32,112 nt of DNA from NCBI GenBank assembly GCA_031283405.1, contig JAITBX010000002.1:1-32112 (forward strand). The letters run 5' to 3'. The position numbers and the translations under genes are program-made. The stretch comes from Burkholderiales bacterium (GTDB lineage: Bacteria; Pseudomonadota; Gammaproteobacteria; Burkholderiales; Casimicrobiaceae). Position 1 is the stretch's first letter. The number at the start of each line of letters is the position of its first letter. Below are positions 27,623 to 32,112 of the stretch, piece by piece. The notes below the pieces were generated by a model, which made no database searches, had not been told where the DNA came from, and saw only the letters and a program-made list of their open reading frames with translations.

Positions 27623-27713
27623 CCAAGGATACGCTGAACAAATCACCACAACGCTTGCCCCCATTCCAACCTTCCCCCAGAGAGGAAGGGATAGGCGTTC
27701 AGCGCATCCTTGG
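27623..27713. mobile_element. 91-bp MITE-like element with 17-bp terminal inverted repeats, between rseB and degP
   Basis: CCAAGGATACGCTGAAC (27623-27639) pairs with GTTCAGCGCATCCTTGG (27697-27713) at 16 of 17 positions. The interior carries REP family B copy 2 (27654-27690). Confidence 0.65.
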
Positions 27714-27722
27714 GGGAATATA

Positions 27723-28784
27723 CTATTTGCGGGCAAGCCCTTGTGCAATGAAACGTAACGTATCGTTCGGCACTTTTCCGACTGCGGTGATGCGGTATTC
27801 CCCGTCCTGCCGCGTGTAAGCTTCCAGAAAACCCATGCTGAAATTTCCGGTTGCCGAAGGCGTCGCGCCCTGCGCGTGTTCGATGAAAACGCTGACCGCC
27901 ATCAGTCCGTCCGAATACACCAGCACCGTCGTTGCTTCCGTCCTGCCGGCGAAATGGCGCGTCTCCTCGGCGATTTTGGAGAAGCCGGGCGGCAATGCCG
28001 ATGCCCGCCAATCGCTGACGACATTTTTCTTTTTATCGAAACCCGTCTGCTCGACTTTCCAATCCGACGGCGGTTCCGGCCAAGCGATGACCAGCGGCTC
28101 CGGCGGCGAAACATTGATTTTGATATCGACGAAACTGAAACTTTCAACATCTCGTTGCGTCGAAAGATCAATCGTTCTTCCGGCCAGAAACAAGCCCGTC
28201 TCCTGATCGATCCAGAGCCTCTGCTCGTACCGGTAGTTGTCTTTGGGAGTGAAAACGACGACTTGCGCGGCGCGCCCGGCCACCCGCTCCACGCCCGCTT
28301 TGGTGAATACATAATTTTTGAAGATAGCCTTGGTGTCGCTCTGAATGTTGTTCTGCATGACTCCCGGCGGCGCATGACTCAGCGCGCTCGGCATCACCCG
28401 CACTGTTTTGATTTCGGGAAAGTAAGCGCGAACGATATCGTTGATCCGAATGGTTTCGCGGAACGAGCCGTTGAGTGTTTCGGTTCGCAGATATTCCTTG
28501 TCCTCTTGCGCGTAATGCGCAATCTTCAAAAAATCGGAACGCGCTTTTTGTGTGCCTTGAAAAATCGAACAAGACACAGTTCCCTTGTAATTCAAACGAT
28601 GCGCCGCTGCCGCCGCCCGATTCAACCATTCGGTCACTTCGTCGGTTTCGGCAAACGCCTGCCCCGGCAATAACGCAACCGCCAACGTCAACACTGCCAG
28701 CGCCAGCATTCCGGATTTGGAAAAGAACGGCAATGCCGCACCCCTTGCGAATAACGTCTGTTCTCGAAGCCACACACCCCTCAT
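27723..28784 (-). CDS. rseB: Sigma-E regulatory protein RseB/MucB
   Basis: Signal peptide, then WLNRAAAAAHRLNYKGT, which is typical of the RseB N-terminal domain. It sits in the operon position after rseA. The start is set at ATG 28784. Confidence 0.8.
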   Translation of the reverse strand: MRGVWLREQTLFARGAALPFFSKSGMLALAVLTLAVALLPGQAFAETDEVTEWLNRAAAAAHRLNYKGTVSCSIFQGTQKARSDFLKIAHYAQEDKEYLRTETLNGSFRETIRINDIVRAYFPEIKTVRVMPSALSHAPPGVMQNNIQSDTKAIFKNYVFTKAGVERVAGRAAQVVVFTPKDNYRYEQRLWIDQETGLFLAGRTIDLSTQRDVESFSFVDIKINVSPPEPLVIAWPEPPSDWKVEQTGFDKKKNVVSDWRASALPPGFSKIAEETRHFAGRTEATTVLVYSDGLMAVSVFIEHAQGATPSATGNFSMGFLEAYTRQDGEYRITAVGKVPNDTLRFIAQGLARK

Positions 28785-28809
28785 GATGGCGCCGTCCCTT
28801 TCGATGTTA

Positions 28810-29418
28810 TCACTCACTGACCCAGTGCAGCGCCACTGCCTCGCTTGCCCACTGGTAAACATTGACGCCGAACCACGATGAAGCCGGCGGCAAAAACTCT
28901 TGGTATGTTATCAAATAATCGAGCGGTATCGCGGCTTCTGCCGTTTGATCGTTATTATGTGTCGCCGCCAACGTCGTTATCGACAGCTTTGCCGTCGTGT
29001 CCCACGCCATCGTCGGCGCGTCGATATGGTGACTGGCATCGTGGCGCAAGGCAAACATCCATCCGCCGATGGCTACCACACAAGCGATCGTCGCCGCCAA
29101 CGCCCAGACGCGATAGTTCGCTCTCGTTTTGAAAGCAATGACTTTGCGCGAAGCGACGACTTCAAGTTTTTGCGCCGTCTGTTCATTCTCAAGCCGCCGC
29201 ACCACCCGCGCCGTAAACTCCGGCGACAACATGCTTACGCCGCTTTGCGCGCCATCGCGCAACATGTCGCCGATGCAATGGTACAGCACCCAAGCGTCGC
29301 GTCCCGCTTCGCTTTCCAGTTCGGCGAAAACGACGCTCCCCGCATCGCCCTCGCCATCCATCCACTGCGAAATTTTTTCCCGCATCGCGGCTTCGTCGAT
29401 CAAACGGTTCGTTACCAT
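28810..29418 (-). CDS. rseA: Anti-sigma-E factor RseA/MucA
   Basis: The ISQWMDGE motif, then WVLYHCIGDMLR, and a single central TM segment (VWALAATIACVVAIGGWMF). ATG 29418 overlaps the rpoE stop by 7 nt. ATG 29385 is an alternative start. Confidence 0.8.
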   Translation of the reverse strand: MVTNRLIDEAAMREKISQWMDGEGDAGSVVFAELESEAGRDAWVLYHCIGDMLRDGAQSGVSMLSPEFTARVVRRLENEQTAQKLEVVASRKVIAFKTRANYRVWALAATIACVVAIGGWMFALRHDASHHIDAPTMAWDTTAKLSITTLAATHNNDQTAEAAIPLDYLITYQEFLPPASSWFGVNVYQWASEAVALHWVSE

Positions 29419-30011
29419 CTTCGGTTCTCGTCGGTATTCAACAGCGGTTTCAATTCTGCCGCAATCGCTTCGCGCGCCCGAAAAATTCTCGAACGCACCG
29501 TCCCGATCGGGCAACCCATCACTTCGGCGATTTCTTCGTAACTCAGCCCTTCAATTTCCCTCAACACTATTGCCGAACGCAAATCCTGCGGCAAAGATTC
29601 CATCACGCGGCTCACCGTCAACGCAATCTCCTTGCTCATCAACTCGCCTTCGGGCGTCGCCGTATCGTGTAATGGTTCCATGCCGTTAAAGCTCGCGGTA
29701 TCTTGGATGGCAAAAGGCGCCGACATGCGGGCGCGGCGACCGGATGCCGTCAGATGATTTTTGGCTGTGTTGATCCCGATCCGGTAGAGCCATGTGTAAA
29801 ACGCGCTCTCGCCCCGAAAGCTCGGTAATGACCGATAGGCTTTGATGAAAGTTTCCTGCGCCACATCTTCCACCTCTATCGGGTCGCGTATCAGGCGCGA
29901 CAACAATCGCGCCAGCCGGCGTTGATGTTTCGCCACCAGCAGCCCAAAAGCCTGCTTGTCGCCTTGCTGCGCACGAGCAACGAGCTGCTGATCGACTTTA
30001 CGCTCGCTCAT
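29412..30011 (-). CDS. rpoE: ECF sigma factor sigma-E (RpoE/AlgU)
   Basis: Internal ATG at 30011 gives MSERKVDQQLVARAQQGDKQAFGLLVAKHQRRL, followed by DVAQETFIKAYR, LREIEGLSYEEIAEVMGCPIGTVRSRIFRAREAI. The product is 199 aa. Confidence 0.92.
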   Translation of the reverse strand: MSERKVDQQLVARAQQGDKQAFGLLVAKHQRRLARLLSRLIRDPIEVEDVAQETFIKAYRSLPSFRGESAFYTWLYRIGINTAKNHLTASGRRARMSAPFAIQDTASFNGMEPLHDTATPEGELMSKEIALTVSRVMESLPQDLRSAIVLREIEGLSYEEIAEVMGCPIGTVRSRIFRAREAIAAELKPLLNTDENRRW

Positions 30012-30115
30012 TGATCCTTGCCCCCTACCTCCGCATTTCCAAGTTTTGTTATTGCCGCCGTTACGGCTTCGGCGAGCGCCGAAGACCGCATCGCGTGCGC
30101 TATCTCTGTTGTCAA

Positions 30116-30143
30116 ATAGACTGAGACAGTCTGAAAAAGTTTC
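30116..30143 (-). promoter_or_regulatory. Candidate sigma-E-dependent autoregulatory promoter (GAAACTT-N16-TCTAT)
   Basis: The minus strand reads GGAAACTT TTTCAGACTGTCTCAG TCTAT. This resembles E. coli rpoE P2 (GGAACTT-N16-TCTAA). It lies about 100 nt upstream of the rpoE ATG. Confidence 0.45.
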
Positions 30144-30223
30144 CCCCGCCAACCTTCTTTTACAAGAATTTGACTTGCGTCAATTCGTTTTGATTTCCTC
30201 GCCGCCTTCGCAGGCAGCCCTTT

Positions 30224-30694
30224 TCAGTCGAGGAATTTGATGTCTTTGCTGACGACTCCCCAGTCATCAAGAGCGACGTTGCAAACAAAGCGCTCCGGCC
30301 AAGGGAGGTGAAAGTCAGCGGATATACGGAGGTTGCCTTCCGAAAACTCCTCCAATAAAACGCCATCCCCGGCGCCGAGTCTTCCGATCTTGCTTCGCCC
30401 CACGATTTCGCTGTTTTCATTGAAATGCAGCAAGAGCCGATTGGGTATGCCTTCGAGCAGAGCGTCCAGTTTTTCGGGGCTGATGGTTTCGCCTACGGTA
30501 AAAGCGCCACAAAAAGCCTGAGCGCGGTGATCCGCCCGAGAGTACATCACCCCCATCCACGCAAAAAATACAAACACTACGGCGAAAAATACAGCGATGC
30601 CGATGCCGACTCTTACCAAAAGCCGCCTACAACCCTTTGCAGATTTTGTTGTGTCATTATTAATATCCGGCAAACCCATATCGTCATTGCTCAT
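30224..30694 (-). CDS. Hypothetical membrane-anchored protein (156 aa from ATG; TTG alternative at 30703)
   Basis: A single N-terminal TM segment (VGIGIAVFFAVVFVFFAWMGV) is followed by a soluble domain of about 100 aa. No motif recognised. It is slightly AT-richer than its neighbours. Confidence 0.5.
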   Translation of the reverse strand: MSNDDMGLPDINNDTTKSAKGCRRLLVRVGIGIAVFFAVVFVFFAWMGVMYSRADHRAQAFCGAFTVGETISPEKLDALLEGIPNRLLLHFNENSEIVGRSKIGRLGAGDGVLLEEFSEGNLRISADFHLPWPERFVCNVALDDWGVVSKDIKFLD

Positions 30695-30788
30695 CTTATT
30701 CAACTCGGCGCGACGATCATACCGAAATCAGCCACGCTTTTCAAAACCGGCGATAATGGCGTATCGTTTTGCTCACTGTCGAAAAACC

Positions 30789-31907
30789 ATGCCATCCTCT
30801 GCCGCTCGCACAGCACGCCGCACTGACGGCACGCTCGTCACCGTCGAATTCACTTCGTCCGTTCTCGCCGGCAATCCGTTGGGCGATTCCGCCACTCGCC
30901 GTTTTCCGGTATGGCTGCCGCCGCAATACGATTCGGGAAAAACCGGCGGCAAGTCGCGCCGCTTTCCGGTGCTGTATTCACTCGCCGGTTTTTTTTCGAG
31001 CGGGTTGGCGCACGCCAACTGGCGACCTTTCGAGGAAAGCACGGTCGAGCGCATCGCGCGCCTCGTTCGTGATCGCCAAATGGGGCAAGTCATCGTCGTT
31101 TTCCCCGACTGCTTCGCAGCGCTGGGCGGCAACCAATACATCAATTCGCCGGCGATCGGGCGCTACGCCGATTATCTGACGCGCGAACTCATTCCGTGGA
31201 TCGACCGCGAATTTCACACGCTGCCCGAGCGCGAACATCGCGGCTGCTTCGGCAAATCCTCCGGCGGCTACGGTGCGCTCTTGCACGCGATGAAATATCC
31301 GCGATTTTGGGGCGCGGTCGCGTCGCACGCGGGCGACGCCTGCTTTGAACTTTGCTATCTGCCCGGCTGGCCGGCGACGCTCACCGAGCTGGATCGCTAT
31401 CGCCGCCCGCCGCGTCGCGCCGGTCTTGAAAAACCGCCCGCGCCTTTGTCAAAAGAAGAACGCGGCCTCGACGACGGCAGAGTCAGGCGTTTTCTCGCAG
31501 CGATGCGCGCCACGCCGCGATTGAGTTTCGATGAGGGGCACGCGCTGATGAACATGGCGATGGCCGCCAGTTACGACCCCGATCCGAATGCGCCCAATGG
31601 CTTCCGGCTGCCGTTCGACCTCGATACCGGCGAATTGCTGCCGGAACGCTGGCGGCGCTGGCAACAACATGATCCCGTTCGCTTGGTGCACCGTTACCGC
31701 GAAGCATTGCGGAGTCTGCGCGGCCTTTATCTCGATTGCGGCTGGCGCGATCAATACCATATGCACTACGGTACGCGGCTTCTTGCCCGCGAACTGGCCA
31801 CGCACGGGATTTCCCACCGCTACGAGGCTTTCGACGGTACCCATTCCAACATTGAGCATCGGTTCGATGTTTCGCTGCCGTGGCTGTACAAGGCGCTCAA
31901 ACCATAA
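30789..31907 (+). CDS. Alpha/beta hydrolase, putative esterase family (enterochelin-esterase/esterase D-like)
   Basis: RFPVLYSLAGF and YINSPAIGRYADYLTRELIPWID are present, with the nucleophile elbow GKSSGG (GxSxG). The start could be ATG 30756 or 30789. The upstream part of the track ORF overlaps the divergent gene. Confidence 0.7.
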   Translation: MPSSAARTARRTDGTLVTVEFTSSVLAGNPLGDSATRRFPVWLPPQYDSGKTGGKSRRFPVLYSLAGFFSSGLAHANWRPFEESTVERIARLVRDRQMGQVIVVFPDCFAALGGNQYINSPAIGRYADYLTRELIPWIDREFHTLPEREHRGCFGKSSGGYGALLHAMKYPRFWGAVASHAGDACFELCYLPGWPATLTELDRYRRPPRRAGLEKPPAPLSKEERGLDDGRVRRFLAAMRATPRLSFDEGHALMNMAMAASYDPDPNAPNGFRLPFDLDTGELLPERWRRWQQHDPVRLVHRYREALRSLRGLYLDCGWRDQYHMHYGTRLLARELATHGISHRYEAFDGTHSNIEHRFDVSLPWLYKALKP

Positions 31908-31979
31908 GCTCACGAAAAGAAAGGGTCTGTAATCTGAACTGTGTCATCAGTTAACATAGGCGCAAGCCGAGGAGATGAC

Positions 31980-32112
31980 ATGAAACTAAGTGCAGAACAA
32001 TTGGATCAGTTGCTTGGGGATTGCAAGACCCCCGGCGACGTTGACAGCCTCTACAGCCAACTGCTGCAACGAGTGATCAACCGATCCCTCGAAGCGGAGA
32101 TGAAAGTACACC
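31980..32112 (+). CDS. IS256-family (mutator-type) transposase, N-terminal fragment (continues beyond window)
   Basis: MKLSAEQLDQLLGDCKTPGDVDSLYSQLLQRVINRSLEAEMKVH carries the LxxxLEAEMxxHL motif characteristic of IS256-family transposase N-termini. A GAGGAG lies 5 nt upstream. Confidence 0.6.
   Translation, partial: MKLSAEQLDQLLGDCKTPGDVDSLYSQLLQRVINRSLEAEMKVH

Overview
This is a roughly 60% GC proteobacterial chromosomal window. The EarP-type EF-P and the gene content point to a beta- or gammaproteobacterium. It is mostly housekeeping and cell-envelope genes, with small accessory insertions between them.

Gene content, left to right:
- **1-1991:** right end of a prophage or integrative element. 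It carries a DUF551-like gene tail, an element-borne tRNA-Arg(UCU), a small 2-TM protein, an excisionase and a lambda-type integrase, and it abuts the 3' end of tRNA-Leu(UAG).
- **2138-3521:** an orphan membrane protein, then a 0.6 kb stretch of IS5-like remnant and palindromic repeats.
- **3522-7437 (minus):** metY, pgi and znuA.
- **7644-10656 (plus):** znuC, znuB and earP.
- **10694-12255:** an AT-richer, decayed DNA methyltransferase-endonuclease fusion wedged between earP and efp.
- **12560-16441:** efp, an RluF-like pseudouridine synthase with a long basic N-terminal extension, and a DeaD-like helicase.
- **16559-18260:** an LpxL-like acyltransferase divergent from an Sfp-type PPTase.
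- **18393-25919 (minus):** a complete arnBCADTEF (L-Ara4N lipid A modification) operon.
- **26126-30011 (minus):** rpoE-rseA-rseB-degP envelope-stress operon, with no rseC.
- **30224-32112:** an orphan membrane-anchored protein, an esterase, and the 5' end of an IS256-family transposase at the right edge.

Several families of REP/MITE-like palindromic elements occupy almost every intergenic gap, and one rewrites the C-terminus of Pgi. There is no CRISPR array and no rRNA.

I do not see an intact, convincing novel multi-gene system. The best candidates for follow-up are:
- the recently inactivated MTase-Mrr-like fusion splitting the earP/efp pair;
- the cargo beside the integrase (tRNA-Arg plus the small membrane protein);
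- the orphan membrane proteins;
- the repeat elements bracketing the arn operon.

All functional calls come from reading the translated motifs by eye. No database search was run.
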